Shown in pieces: positions 30,078 to 39,775 of a DNA stretch of 64,000 bases (the stretch's first letter is position 1; every line of letters starts with the position of its first letter). This DNA comes from Acidobacteriota bacterium (GTDB lineage Bacteria; Acidobacteriota; UBA890; WLXD01), in the NCBI GenBank assembly GCA_963666055.2, contig CAXWPH010000011.1:32001-96000 (forward strand), in the 5' to 3' direction. The position numbers were made by a program, and so were the translations under genes. The notes under the pieces were generated by a model. It was not told the origin of the DNA. It saw only the letters and a program-made list of their open reading frames with translations, and ran no database searches.

Positions 30078-32306
30078 TCACGATGCATCCTCGAGCATGT
30101 CGAAGAGACGTTCCGGGGTGAGCGGGATCGACGTGGGCTGCCGCCCCAGGGCAGCGGCGACGGCATTGATTACGGCCGGGGCTGGGCCGTCGATCGGCAT
30201 CTCCCCGATGCCCTTGGCGCCCCCCGGCCCCGGTGCACCGGCCTTCTGCAAGAAGAAGACACGCACCGGCGGCACATCAACGCTGGTGGGAATGATGTAG
30301 TTGGTGAGCTGATTATTGCGCGTTGCGCCAGCCTCCAGCTTGCACTCCTCCATCAGCGCCCATCCGATCCCCTGCACCACACCGCCCTGGACCTGGCCTC
30401 GCGCCAGCGTCTCGTTCATCACCCGGCCGACTTCCTGCACGGCGACGAAGTCGGTCACACGAGTGTTGCAGGTGCGCAGGTCGACCTCGACCTCGGCGAT
30501 GTAGGTGGCCCATGAGAAGGCCGCATAGGCATCGCCGCAGTAGGCCTCATCGTCCCACTCCACCCATTCGGGCTTGTGGTATTCGGCCTCGACTTGAAGA
30601 GATCCTCCGGGATGGTCTGCATACCACTGACGTATCGCCGTCTTGAGCTCGTCTCCGGTGCCGTCGGCTGCGACCTCGAGACGGGCCCTGAGGTTGTCAC
30701 AGGCGCGTTCAACCAAGTGTCCGACAACCATCACGGTCCGCGAGGCAACGGTCGGACCGCTGTCGGGGACCACTGCGGTGTCGGGCTCGACGATCGACAC
30801 GTCACCGTCCGCATAGCCCAGCCGTTCGGCGGCAATCTGTGTGAACACGGTGGTGGTGCCCTGCCCCATCTCGGTGGACGCCGCCAACACCGCTACGCTG
30901 CCATCGGGCCGTGCCGCCAGGCCAACGCGAGATTTCAAGTACACCTCGCCGGCGCCGGTAAAGCCAGCGCCGTGATAGAAGCTCGCGAGCCCGATGCCGC
31001 GTCGCAGATACGGGTGCTCGGCGTTGAACGCGACGTGCCGTTCCTGGCGCTTGGCGTACTCGGCGTGGCGCAGTGCTGCGTCGAGCACTTCGATGCGATC
31101 TGCCCCGTCGCTGATCACCTGGCCCGTAGAGGTGGTTTCTCCCTCGCGGAGCAGGTTGATACGCCTGAGCTCGGCAGGGTCCATCCCGATCCGCGACGCG
31201 ACGATGTCCATGTGGCGCTCGTTGGCAAATTGCGACTGTGGTGCCCCGAAACCACGAAACGCCCCGTAGGGTACGGAGTTGGTGAGCATGGCCCGACCGA
31301 CGATGCGAACGTTGTCGCAGGAGTACGGACCGGCAGCATGGATGATGGCGCGGCTCAGCACCACGGGTGACAGGGTCACGTACGCGCCACCGTCGAGATC
31401 GACCTCGATGTCCTGCGCCAGCAGCCGGCCCTCGGCATCGAGCCCGGTGCGGTGGCGCACCTGGGCCGGATGGCGCTTCGTAGTGGCGGCCATATCCTCG
31501 CCGCGGTCGTAGATTATTTTTACCGGCCGGCCGGCCTTGAGCGCCAGCAATGCGGCATGCGCGGCAATTGTCGACGGATACTCCTCCTTACCACCGAAAC
31601 CGCCACCTGTCGGGGCATGAATGACGCGCACCCCATCATCGTCGCGACCGAGCGCATGCGTGAGGGCGGCATGGATGTAGTAGGGGCACTGCATGCTGCC
31701 CTTGACCACCACCGCGCCGTCGTCCTCGACCCAGGCGACCATACCCTGAGTCTCGAGGTACACGTGCTCTTGGGCGCCGGTCTCGTATGCGCCCTCCACG
31801 ACGTAGGTCGCCGCAGCAAGCGCCGCTTCCACGTCGCCTTTTACGATGCTGAGTCGCTTGAGCACGTTGTCGCTGCCGTGCTGAATCTGATCCGGGGTCG
31901 GCGACAGCCGGAAATCGAAGATCGGATCCTCAGACTCGACTACGATCTCGACGGCCGCCACTCCACGGCGACACATCTCACGCGACTCGTGTGCTAACAA
32001 CAGCACCGGCTCGTGAACGTGGCGCACCGCACTCCCGGCGAGTACCGGCTGGTCGGTCTCCAGCAGCTTGATCGCGTTCTCGCCCGGGATGTCGGTCTGG
32101 TCGACGATGGTGAACTCCGACCAATCGACAGCGGTGCCGAAGCGCACCTCGCGTACCCGTCCGCGAGGTGCCGGGCTGCGCACGGTCATGCCCCACAGGC
32201 ATCCCGGGATAGTCAGATCGTCAACGTAGCGCTCGGCACCGGTGAGCTTATCGAGCCCCTCGACGCGCTTCACCGCAGTGGCCTCCGCGCCGCGCCCGCC
32301 TGGCAT
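30078..32306 (-). CDS. Xanthine dehydrogenase family molybdopterin subunit
   Basis: QEHVYLE, GGGFGGKE, AFRGFG, GPTVASR, KGIGE (catalytic Glu). Confidence 0.93.
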   Translation of the reverse strand: MPGGRGAEATAVKRVEGLDKLTGAERYVDDLTIPGCLWGMTVRSPAPRGRVREVRFGTAVDWSEFTIVDQTDIPGENAIKLLETDQPVLAGSAVRHVHEPVLLLAHESREMCRRGVAAVEIVVESEDPIFDFRLSPTPDQIQHGSDNVLKRLSIVKGDVEAALAAATYVVEGAYETGAQEHVYLETQGMVAWVEDDGAVVVKGSMQCPYYIHAALTHALGRDDDGVRVIHAPTGGGFGGKEEYPSTIAAHAALLALKAGRPVKIIYDRGEDMAATTKRHPAQVRHRTGLDAEGRLLAQDIEVDLDGGAYVTLSPVVLSRAIIHAAGPYSCDNVRIVGRAMLTNSVPYGAFRGFGAPQSQFANERHMDIVASRIGMDPAELRRINLLREGETTSTGQVISDGADRIEVLDAALRHAEYAKRQERHVAFNAEHPYLRRGIGLASFYHGAGFTGAGEVYLKSRVGLAARPDGSVAVLAASTEMGQGTTTVFTQIAAERLGYADGDVSIVEPDTAVVPDSGPTVASRTVMVVGHLVERACDNLRARLEVAADGTGDELKTAIRQWYADHPGGSLQVEAEYHKPEWVEWDDEAYCGDAYAAFSWATYIAEVEVDLRTCNTRVTDFVAVQEVGRVMNETLARGQVQGGVVQGIGWALMEECKLEAGATRNNQLTNYIIPTSVDVPPVRVFFLQKAGAPGPGGAKGIGEMPIDGPAPAVINAVAAALGRQPTSIPLTPERLFDMLEDAS

Positions 32307-32392
32307 GCGACCGACGCTCCGCCAGGCTCCGAACGGCGGCGGCTACTGCTAAGGTCAGAAGGCGACGGCTGTTCTCGATCGGAGGAGCAGGC

Positions 32393-33205
32393 ATGAACGC
32401 GACGCTTTACGAGGCGTTGAACCTGGCCTTGCGCTGGACGCACGTGCTCACCGCCATACTTTGGGTCGGTCAGACATTCCTTTTTACCTGGCTCGACGCG
32501 CAGTTTCGCCCGACCTCTGGCGAAGGTCCGGACGAGGAGCCGGTGTGGATGGTCCATAGTGGCGGATTTTATCGGGTCGAGAAGATCGTGCGACCCGCGC
32601 GGCTGCCCGATCCACTGCATTGGACCCGCTGGGAGTCATTGCTGACCTGGGCCAGTGGCTTCGGGCTGCTCCTGTTGATGTACACCTTCGGGGGTTTGTT
32701 GCAAGCACCCGGCTCGAGCACCGGGACGATCACGCTGGTCACCATAAGCCTCGGCTCGCTGGTTGCGGGATGGTTGATCTACGATGTTCTGTGGAGTTCC
32801 CCCCTGGGTCGACGGGAGCCGCTCGCGGCAGCAATCTCGCTGCTGCTGCTGATGGGGCTGACCTGGTCCTTGATGCAGGCACTTAGCACCCGTGCGGCCT
32901 GGTTTCATGTGGGTGCGATGCTCGGCGGGCTGATGACCGGCAACGTGTGGATGCGGATCCTGCCGCCGCAGCGTCGCATGGTGATCTCGGTGGCCTCCGG
33001 CGAGCATCTCGACCCTTCGTGGGGATTCGGCGCAAAGCAGCGCTCGCGACACAACACCTTCATGGTGCTGCCGCTGTTGCTGATCATGTTGAGCAACCAC
33101 TTCCCCACCCTCAGCTACGCACACCGCCACGCCTGGGCCGTGCTCGGCGCGTGGGTGCTCCTGGGCTGGGCGATCCGCGTGGCGATAGTGCGCCGCGGGC
33201 ATTAG
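32393..33205 (+). CDS. puuD: Urate hydroxylase PuuD membrane domain (no cytochrome c domain)
   Basis: LRWTHVLTAILWVG, WMVHSGGFY, LHWTRWE, NVWMRILPPQR, KQRSRHN, MLSNHFP. Ends after the last TM helix. Confidence 0.88.
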   Translation: MNATLYEALNLALRWTHVLTAILWVGQTFLFTWLDAQFRPTSGEGPDEEPVWMVHSGGFYRVEKIVRPARLPDPLHWTRWESLLTWASGFGLLLLMYTFGGLLQAPGSSTGTITLVTISLGSLVAGWLIYDVLWSSPLGRREPLAAAISLLLLMGLTWSLMQALSTRAAWFHVGAMLGGLMTGNVWMRILPPQRRMVISVASGEHLDPSWGFGAKQRSRHNTFMVLPLLLIMLSNHFPTLSYAHRHAWAVLGAWVLLGWAIRVAIVRRGH

Positions 33206-33216
33206 CGGCGCTCACC

Positions 33217-34839
33217 GTGGGGTCTACCGACGCTGGGAGACGTTGGCCGTGGCTACCCGTCCTGGTGGCGGTCGGGCTCGTCGTGCTCACCGTTGTAGCG
33301 TGGCAATCGGCACTGGATCGCGAACGCGAGCGGGTCCTCAGGCTCATCGACGCGGAGGCCGACAGTGTGGCGGCCCACGTGAGAACCTGGCTCGAGGAAA
33401 CCCGCGACGGACTCGATCGCACGACCGTGCGCTGGATCGGCCTGACGCGTCTGAGCGAGACGATGGCACAGGTCGAAAGTGCCGTCCTGCTGCGGACGCG
33501 GGCCGTCGACCGCGTTCTGTGGTTGTCGCCCCGAGCCGAGCTGTTGTGGTCGATAAGCGCCGACGGAGCCGAGAACACGCCCGTGGTCGAGGGCTGGATC
33601 ATCGAGCACGCCGCCTCCTGGCGACCGGGGAGCCGATTGTCGGCGGTGCGGATGATGGCGATCACCGAGGGGCCGAGCGGCGAACCGGTGATACCGGTGC
33701 GGGTGCCTGTCGTCCTCGAGACCGGCACGGCCGGGGCGATGATCTGTGTCTACGATGCTTCTGCCTTTGCCCAGGCGGCCACCGCCGGGCTCGGCAACGA
33801 CTACGCCTTGGCGATCAGCAGCGCCGGCAAGCGCTTCTTCGTCCGCGACGGGGATCCGAACGGATCGATGTCGGAGTGGGTCCGCCGCCGGGACGTCGAC
33901 TTCCAAGGGGTTCAACTGGCGATTGACGTCTGGCCCACGCCCCCGGCGCTTGCCAGCCTGCGTTCGGCGCTACCCACCACAGTGCTCATCGGTGGTCTGG
34001 CATTCGCCATGCTGCTGGGATCGGCGGTGCGCCTGGGGCAGGCCGAGGGACTGCGTACCAAACAGGCCGAGATGATCGCGGTGGTCGAGCGGGAGGCGGA
34101 TGCTCGGCGGCGCGCCGAGGAGGCACTCGAGCAGCGGGCTCGGGCATTGGAACGCTCCAAAGCCGACCTGGTGCGTTTTGCCCACGTCATCTCGCACGAT
34201 CTGCGTGAGCCGCTCAACGTGGTGGACATGCACCTGCAGTTGCTGTCCGAGCAGAACCTCGAGGGACGTTCTGAGCGTCACCTCAAACCGGCACTCCGCG
34301 CGTCAGCGCGAATGGCCTCGATGCTCGAAGGGCTGCTGCGCTACGCCAAGGTGGGCGGCTCCGATGAGGTGGAGGACGTCGACCTGAACGAAGTCGTCCG
34401 TATGGCGTTGGCCAACCTGGAGGCAACGATCCACAACAGCGGGGCTCAGGTCGAGGTAGGACCCATGCCGCATATTCAAGGCAATCGGGACCACCTGGCG
34501 CTGCTGTTCCAGAACCTCATCGGCAATGCCATCCGGCACCGAGGCGAGGCCGAGCCACGCATCACGGTCGCTGGTGAGCGGCAATCCTCGCATTGGCTGT
34601 TCCGGGTGCGCGACAACGGACCTGGCGTCAGCGCTGAGCAGGCCGGGCAGATCTTCGGTCTCTTCACGAGCGCCGGCGGACGCGTCGGCAGCGGCATCGG
34701 GCTGGCGATCTGCCGGCGGGTGGTGGAGAGCCACGGGGGACGGATCTGGGTGCAGTCTCCGCCTGGCCCGGGAGCCACCTTCGTTTTCACCTGGCCGCTC
34801 GAGCCAGTGACCACGCCTCAGCCGTCGCCGGAACGGTAG
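33217..34839 (+). CDS. Sensor histidine kinase with periplasmic (CHASE-like) domain
   Basis: Two TM segments, SHDLREPL H-box, QNLIGNA, DNGPG, GSGIGLAIC. Start inferred. Confidence 0.88.
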   Translation: MGSTDAGRRWPWLPVLVAVGLVVLTVVAWQSALDRERERVLRLIDAEADSVAAHVRTWLEETRDGLDRTTVRWIGLTRLSETMAQVESAVLLRTRAVDRVLWLSPRAELLWSISADGAENTPVVEGWIIEHAASWRPGSRLSAVRMMAITEGPSGEPVIPVRVPVVLETGTAGAMICVYDASAFAQAATAGLGNDYALAISSAGKRFFVRDGDPNGSMSEWVRRRDVDFQGVQLAIDVWPTPPALASLRSALPTTVLIGGLAFAMLLGSAVRLGQAEGLRTKQAEMIAVVEREADARRRAEEALEQRARALERSKADLVRFAHVISHDLREPLNVVDMHLQLLSEQNLEGRSERHLKPALRASARMASMLEGLLRYAKVGGSDEVEDVDLNEVVRMALANLEATIHNSGAQVEVGPMPHIQGNRDHLALLFQNLIGNAIRHRGEAEPRITVAGERQSSHWLFRVRDNGPGVSAEQAGQIFGLFTSAGGRVGSGIGLAICRRVVESHGGRIWVQSPPGPGATFVFTWPLEPVTTPQPSPER

Positions 34840-36176
34840 TCGCGGAGGCGATTGTAGAGCGTCTTCACGCTCACTCCGAGCAAGTCGGCGGCTTCCTGAC
34901 GGTTTCCGCCCACCGCGGCGAGCGTCGCCTGGATCAACCGCTTCTCGACCGCCGCCACCGACATCCCGACGTGGATTCCCAGGGGCTCCTGCGTGGATGC
35001 AGGATCGGCGGCAACCTGACGCAGATCCGCTGGCAGACAGTCGACCTCGATTACGTCCCCCCCCCCCCCCAGCACGAAGGCGCTGTAAAGAACGTTCTTG
35101 AGCTCACGTACGTTCCCAGGCCAATCATGTTCTGCGAGCTGGCGGACCGCCCCCGCAGTAAGGTTCTTGTGGATGCCCTCGCTGGCCGCGAGCTCGTCCA
35201 GGAAATGGCGCGATAGGAGCTCGATGTCGCCGCCCCGCTCATTCAACGGCGGCATGTCGACCTGAAACACCCGTAACCGGTACAACAGATCCTCACGCAG
35301 CTTGTGGTCGCGGACGGCGCTTGACAGCGTGCGGTTGGTGGCGGCGAGCGTGCGTATGTCGAGCCGCACCTCAGACTCACCGCCGACGCGCGTGATCGTC
35401 CCGGACTCCAACGCGCGCAAAAGCTTCACCTGGAGATCGGCGGGAGTCTCGGTGATCTCATCGAGAAGCAAGGTGCCGCCCTGAGCCCGTTCAAAGTAGC
35501 CGATGTGGCGGCGGGTAGCGCCGCTGAACGCCCCACGCTCGTGGCCGAACAACTCGCTCTCGATCAGGTTCGCTGGGACCGCCCCGCAGTTGAGAACCAG
35601 GAAGGGTCCGCTGCGACGCCGGCTGAAAGCGTGGATCGTGCGGGCAGCAAGCTCCTTGCCGGTTCCAGTCTGGCCAGTGATAAGGACGCTCGCATCGGTA
35701 GGAGCGACCCTGCCGATCAGGCTGTATACACGCTGCATCGAGGCAGAGATACCGATCATCTCGCCAAAATGTCCCAGCGAGCGCAGGGTGCCGCGCAGCG
35801 CTCCGACTTCCCGGCGCAGCTCGATCTGGCGGTGCACATGCCGCAAGACCGTGCGCAGCCGTTGAACGTCGATCGGCTTCACCAGATAGTCCACGGCACC
35901 CGACTGCAAGGCGGCGAGGGCGGATTCCGCCGAAGCGTGCCCGGTCACCACGATCACATCGCCGGCGACGCCTCCGTCCGAGGCCAGGAGGTCGCTGCCT
36001 TTGCCATCAGGCAATCGCATGTCGAGCAGCAGCAAGTCGGCGCGCTTGCGCTCGATGGCGAGTCGCGCCTCGGCCAGCGTCGCTGCGCCCTCGACCCGAA
36101 ATCCCTCGTGACGCACCAACTCGATGAGGATGTCACGCGAATCGGCATCGTCTTCTACGACAAGGGCGGTGGGCAA
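34818..36176 (-). CDS. Sigma54-dependent response regulator (NtrC family)
   Basis: Receiver (VVEDD, LLD, KP), GQTGTGKE, ESELFGHERGAFSGA, WPGNVREL, Fis HTH. TTG start with GGGAG SD inferred. Confidence 0.92.
   Translation of the reverse strand: MPTALVVEDDADSRDILIELVRHEGFRVEGAATLAEARLAIERKRADLLLLDMRLPDGKGSDLLASDGGVAGDVIVVTGHASAESALAALQSGAVDYLVKPIDVQRLRTVLRHVHRQIELRREVGALRGTLRSLGHFGEMIGISASMQRVYSLIGRVAPTDASVLITGQTGTGKELAARTIHAFSRRRSGPFLVLNCGAVPANLIESELFGHERGAFSGATRRHIGYFERAQGGTLLLDEITETPADLQVKLLRALESGTITRVGGESEVRLDIRTLAATNRTLSSAVRDHKLREDLLYRLRVFQVDMPPLNERGGDIELLSRHFLDELAASEGIHKNLTAGAVRQLAEHDWPGNVRELKNVLYSAFVLGGGGDVIEVDCLPADLRQVAADPASTQEPLGIHVGMSVAAVEKRLIQATLAAVGGNRQEAADLLGVSVKTLYNRLRDYRSGDG
35057..35070 (-). 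repeat. G14 homopolymer inside the regulator CDS
   Basis: 14 consecutive C on the + strand; the frame is currently intact (LGGGGD). Confidence 0.9.
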
Positions 36177-36250
36177 CTGCGGCTCCCGACGTAACAAGGC
36201 AGACGCGGCGACGAAATAGAAAAGCGGCCGCGAAAGCCGTTGACCTTGCC

Positions 36251-36285
36251 TGTAAATCTTACACACCCGGGCTGCAAATCGTGCC
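36251..36285. promoter_or_regulatory. Putative enhancer (UAS) for the sigma54 activator
   Basis: Palindrome TGTAA-ATC-TTACA plus a degenerate copy TGCAAATCGTGCC 22 bp downstream, 120-150 bp upstream of the -24/-12 box. Confidence 0.5.
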
Positions 36286-36404
36286 GCTAACTCGGTTTCG
36301 GCATGCGATTCCGTCAAGCCGGCGGCGCGGCGCACGATCCGGAAGCCCCATCGTGGCAGTGCGGTTCGACTCCCACACCGCCCAGCCGACGATCCGTCAG
36401 CCGG

Positions 36405-36420
36405 TGGCATGGGCCTTGCT
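36405..36420 (+). promoter_or_regulatory. Sigma54 -24/-12 promoter
   Basis: TGGCAT-N5-TTGCT with correct GG-N10-GC spacing, upstream of the OmpA-family gene. Confidence 0.75.
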
Positions 36421-36532
36421 GTCAACAACAGCAGATGCCGTCGCAATCACTCGATCCGGAAACTGCACGGCCGGAACAGCTCGGCCACCACACAGGTCCC
36501 CAACTCGACCGTCCATAGCAAGGAGAAACGCC

Positions 36533-37303
36533 ATGTCGATCTGCACCAAGCGAACCAGGGCGACAGCTGCAGCGGGCATTGTGCTGGTACTGGCGTCGAC
36601 GGCCTGCGCCCACGTCAAGCGCAAGGAGTTCCAGGCCGAGATGGCGCGCCTCGAGCAGGAGATACGCGACGAATCTGCGGCCGGCGATGCGGCGCTCGGC
36701 CACCGCGTCGACGGACTGGGTGGCGAGTTGAATCGAATCAACGGACGCGTCACTGACCTCGACAGACATGCGTCCGAGAACCTCGCCCGGACGGAACAAC
36801 TCGAGTCTGACCTGCGGGCCTTGGCGGTAACCTTCAGCGCCTCCGTGGAGCGCCTCGAGAAGGCGCTCGCATTCAACGTTCCGGTGCGTTTCGACTACGA
36901 CTCCGCCGAGCTTCGCGAGGGCGATCTGCCGGTGCTAAAGCGACTGGCAGCGGTCATGACAGAGCACTACCCGGACAGCCTGATCACCGTCGAAGGATTC
37001 ACGGACTCGGCCGGGCCGGCGACCTACAACCTGGTTCTCGGCAAGGCGCGTGCCGACGCCGTTCGCACCTTCCTGGTCGAGCGCGGGAACCTGAGAGGAG
37101 ATCGAGTGCGCACGGTCAGCTACGGGGAGGCCCCGGATCGTCTGGTTAACCCGGGCGCCTGGGGTCCCGGCGAGAGCGGCATGACGAATCGCCGCGTCAC
37201 GCTGGTCATCGAGACCACCGGCGGCGAGTGGGACCTCGCTACGCCGGACAATCCGGCACCGGCGGCGCTACCGGCCGCCAAAGTACCGGTGATTGAGTCG
37301 TAG
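36533..37303 (+). CDS. OmpA-family lipoprotein with N-terminal coiled coil
   Basis: AAGGAG SD, LASTAC lipobox, FDYDSAEL, EGFTD, YNLVLGKARA, NRRV. Confidence 0.9.
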   Translation: MSICTKRTRATAAAGIVLVLASTACAHVKRKEFQAEMARLEQEIRDESAAGDAALGHRVDGLGGELNRINGRVTDLDRHASENLARTEQLESDLRALAVTFSASVERLEKALAFNVPVRFDYDSAELREGDLPVLKRLAAVMTEHYPDSLITVEGFTDSAGPATYNLVLGKARADAVRTFLVERGNLRGDRVRTVSYGEAPDRLVNPGAWGPGESGMTNRRVTLVIETTGGEWDLATPDNPAPAALPAAKVPVIES

Positions 37304-37406
37304 CCAGGTCTGACGGATGGGGGACGGCGTTCGGCCGGCCGGAGGAAACGGGGTGAACGCACCGGGCGGCCGACGCCTCCATCCGCGAACCGTGCAAGTG
37401 GAGAAC

Positions 37407-37503
37407 CGGGCACCCAGGAGAATCCCGCGGGACCACCATCCTCGAGAGATCGCGTCGCACCGGAAGCTCGAGGCCGGAACCGTGGGATTCTCCTGGGTGT
37501 CCG
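37407..37503 (+). repeat. Long inverted repeat / stem-loop between convergent genes
   Basis: 24-bp arms at 37407-37430 and 37480-37503 (22 Watson-Crick plus 2 G-U pairs on the + strand), with an inner CCTCGAG/CTCGAGG stem. Confidence 0.75.
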
Positions 37504-37540
37504 TACCTCGGCTCGAAGGTGTGCAGCACGGTGACGTTGC

Positions 37541-39775
37541 TCACCGGGAAGTGGCCGTGGCGGCGCTGCTGGCATCAACCGACTCAGCGGTTGCCCCGAT
37601 CGCATCCGCCACGAGCTCGATTGGATGCCGCGGTCGGCGATCGCCGAAATCTGCCAGCTGCGTGCGGCATGACGTTCCGCTCGCCAGCACCTCGTCGACC
37701 GGGTCGCCGGTCACCGACTTCAACCCTGAGATCTCGGTCACCAAGCGTGTGCCCAGCTCACGGCTGATCTCGTAGCCCTCCTGCTTGTAGCCGAACGAGC
37801 CCGCCATACCGCAGCAATCGGCAGTGGTCGTCACTACCTCGACGCCCGGCAATCGCGCCAGCACACCGAGGCTCGAGTCCAACCATCCGGCCGACTTCTG
37901 TTGGCAGTGTCCGTGCAAGACGACGGTGTGGCGCGGTCGCGGGGCCTGAGTCGCCAGCGCAGCACCGAGAAGCGTCGAATGCTCCTCGAGGAACACCATG
38001 ATCTCGCGCACGCTCAGGCCCACCAGAAACGCCTCGTTGTTGGCGGGCGAGAGCTTGGTGTGATCGTCCGTCACGCAGGTCAGGCACGAGGGCTCGAGGC
38101 CGACGATCGGAATCTGCCGGTCCGCGTATGGAGCCAACAATCGCGACAAGTCGAACGCCTGCTCGCGAGCAGCCTCGAGTGCACCCTGCGAGAGTGCGGC
38201 GCGCCCGCAGCACGGGCCGGTTACGAGCAACACCCGGAAACCGAGTCGTTCGATAACCCGAACCGCGGCTTTGGCGGCCTCGACGTCCGCGTAGTTGGAG
38301 TGGCAATCGGCCCAGAAGACGACCAGACCGGTCTCGGCTTCGTCGTCGAGATGGTCGGCATCGGCGCCGACCTCCTCGACTACCCGGCCGCCACGCGCCC
38401 TGAACCAATCGGCCAGCGTCGTATCCGGTATCTGCGGCAATGGCCGCCGACGGTCAACGCCAAACAACCGCTCTAGCCCCCAGCGCGCCACGCGTAACTG
38501 CATCAATCCGCTCAGCCTTCCGACCCGCCGCGCCAGCCGGTACAGGCGACGTGGCTCAGCGAGGAATGCGGAGCCAGGCGCGGCTCGACTCGCCTTCTGT
38601 TCCCGGATGCGTGCGCGAACCACAGAGGTCATCCAAGGGATATCGATACGCACCGGGCAGACATCCTGGCAGCGCGAGCAGGTGGTGCAGAGCCCGTCGA
38701 ACTCCGCCGCCGTCTCCAGGCCGCGCACGCCGGCCTCCCACGCGATGCCAATGCCGGACTGGTAGGTCGGCCCGCCAAACACGTGGCCGCCGACCGCCTG
38801 GTACGGAGCGCACACGTTCATGCAGGCGCCGCATCGCACGCAGTACAGCGCTTCGCGCAGCACCGGATCGTCGCGCATGCGGCTACGTCCGTTGTCCAGC
38901 AGCACGAGATGGAAGCTACGCTTGCCGTCGACCAGCGGCGAGGCGCCCCAGCCAGGCCCGGTGATCACCGACACGTAGCTGGTCAGCAGCTGCCCGGTTC
39001 CGGATCGCGGCAGAAGCTCGATGAACGGCTCGAGGTCTGCCATCGTCGGCAGAATCTTCTCGATTCCGGCCAGCGCCACATGAACTCGTGGCAGCTGTGT
39101 GCTCAGCCGGACGTTGCCCTCGTTCTCAACCAGAATCACCGTGCCGCTCTCGGCAATCAGGAAGTTCGCTCCGGTGATTCCCAGGTCGGCTTCGAGGAAG
39201 TCGCGACGCAGCTGCTGCCGCGCCAGCTGGGTGAGCTCCTCGGCGGTCTCCGGGACGTCGTCACGGCCGAGCCGTCGCCGGAACACGTCGCGTACGTCCT
39301 CCATGCTCTTGTGAATGATGGGTGCGATGGCGTGCGATGGACGATCCTCATCGAGCTGCACGATGTACTCGCCGAGGTCGGTCTCGCGCACCGTCACGCC
39401 GGCGCTTTCCAGCGCGGCGTTGAGATGAATCTCCTCGGAGGTCATCGACTTCGACTTCACCGCAGCGGTCAGACCTTCGCGCCGGGCGATTTCGACGATG
39501 ATCCGGCAGGCAGCCTCGGCATCATCGGCTCGATGAACGAAGCCACCCGAGGCGTTGACTGCTTCGGTCAGCGTCTCGAGCAGCTCGGGAAGGCGCTCAA
39601 TGGCGTCCTCTTTGATTGCTCGCGCCCGATCGCGGCTGACCTCGTAGGCGGCGAAGTCACTGACCGCCTGGCGACGTCTGTTGGCGGCGGCGCGCGTTCC
39701 CGAGGGCACCGCCTGCTGCAGCGACGGGTTGAGCAACGCCGCGCGGATCTCCGACTGCAAGTCGCGTGAGCTCAT
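37541..39775 (-). CDS. lutB: LutB/LldF lactate-utilisation Fe-S protein fused to C-terminal CCG domains
   Basis: KSKSMTSEE, ETDLGEYIVQL, ENEGN, CVRCGACMNVC, CTTCSRCQDVCP, then CCG motifs and HGHCQQ. Confidence 0.88.
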   Translation of the reverse strand: MSSRDLQSEIRAALLNPSLQQAVPSGTRAAANRRRQAVSDFAAYEVSRDRARAIKEDAIERLPELLETLTEAVNASGGFVHRADDAEAACRIIVEIARREGLTAAVKSKSMTSEEIHLNAALESAGVTVRETDLGEYIVQLDEDRPSHAIAPIIHKSMEDVRDVFRRRLGRDDVPETAEELTQLARQQLRRDFLEADLGITGANFLIAESGTVILVENEGNVRLSTQLPRVHVALAGIEKILPTMADLEPFIELLPRSGTGQLLTSYVSVITGPGWGASPLVDGKRSFHLVLLDNGRSRMRDDPVLREALYCVRCGACMNVCAPYQAVGGHVFGGPTYQSGIGIAWEAGVRGLETAAEFDGLCTTCSRCQDVCPVRIDIPWMTSVVRARIREQKASRAAPGSAFLAEPRRLYRLARRVGRLSGLMQLRVARWGLERLFGVDRRRPLPQIPDTTLADWFRARGGRVVEEVGADADHLDDEAETGLVVFWADCHSNYADVEAAKAAVRVIERLGFRVLLVTGPCCGRAALSQGALEAAREQAFDLSRLLAPYADRQIPIVGLEPSCLTCVTDDHTKLSPANNEAFLVGLSVREIMVFLEEHSTLLGAALATQAPRPRHTVVLHGHCQQKSAGWLDSSLGVLARLPGVEVVTTTADCCGMAGSFGYKQEGYEISRELGTRLVTEISGLKSVTGDPVDEVLASGTSCRTQLADFGDRRPRHPIELVADAIGATAESVDASSAATATSR

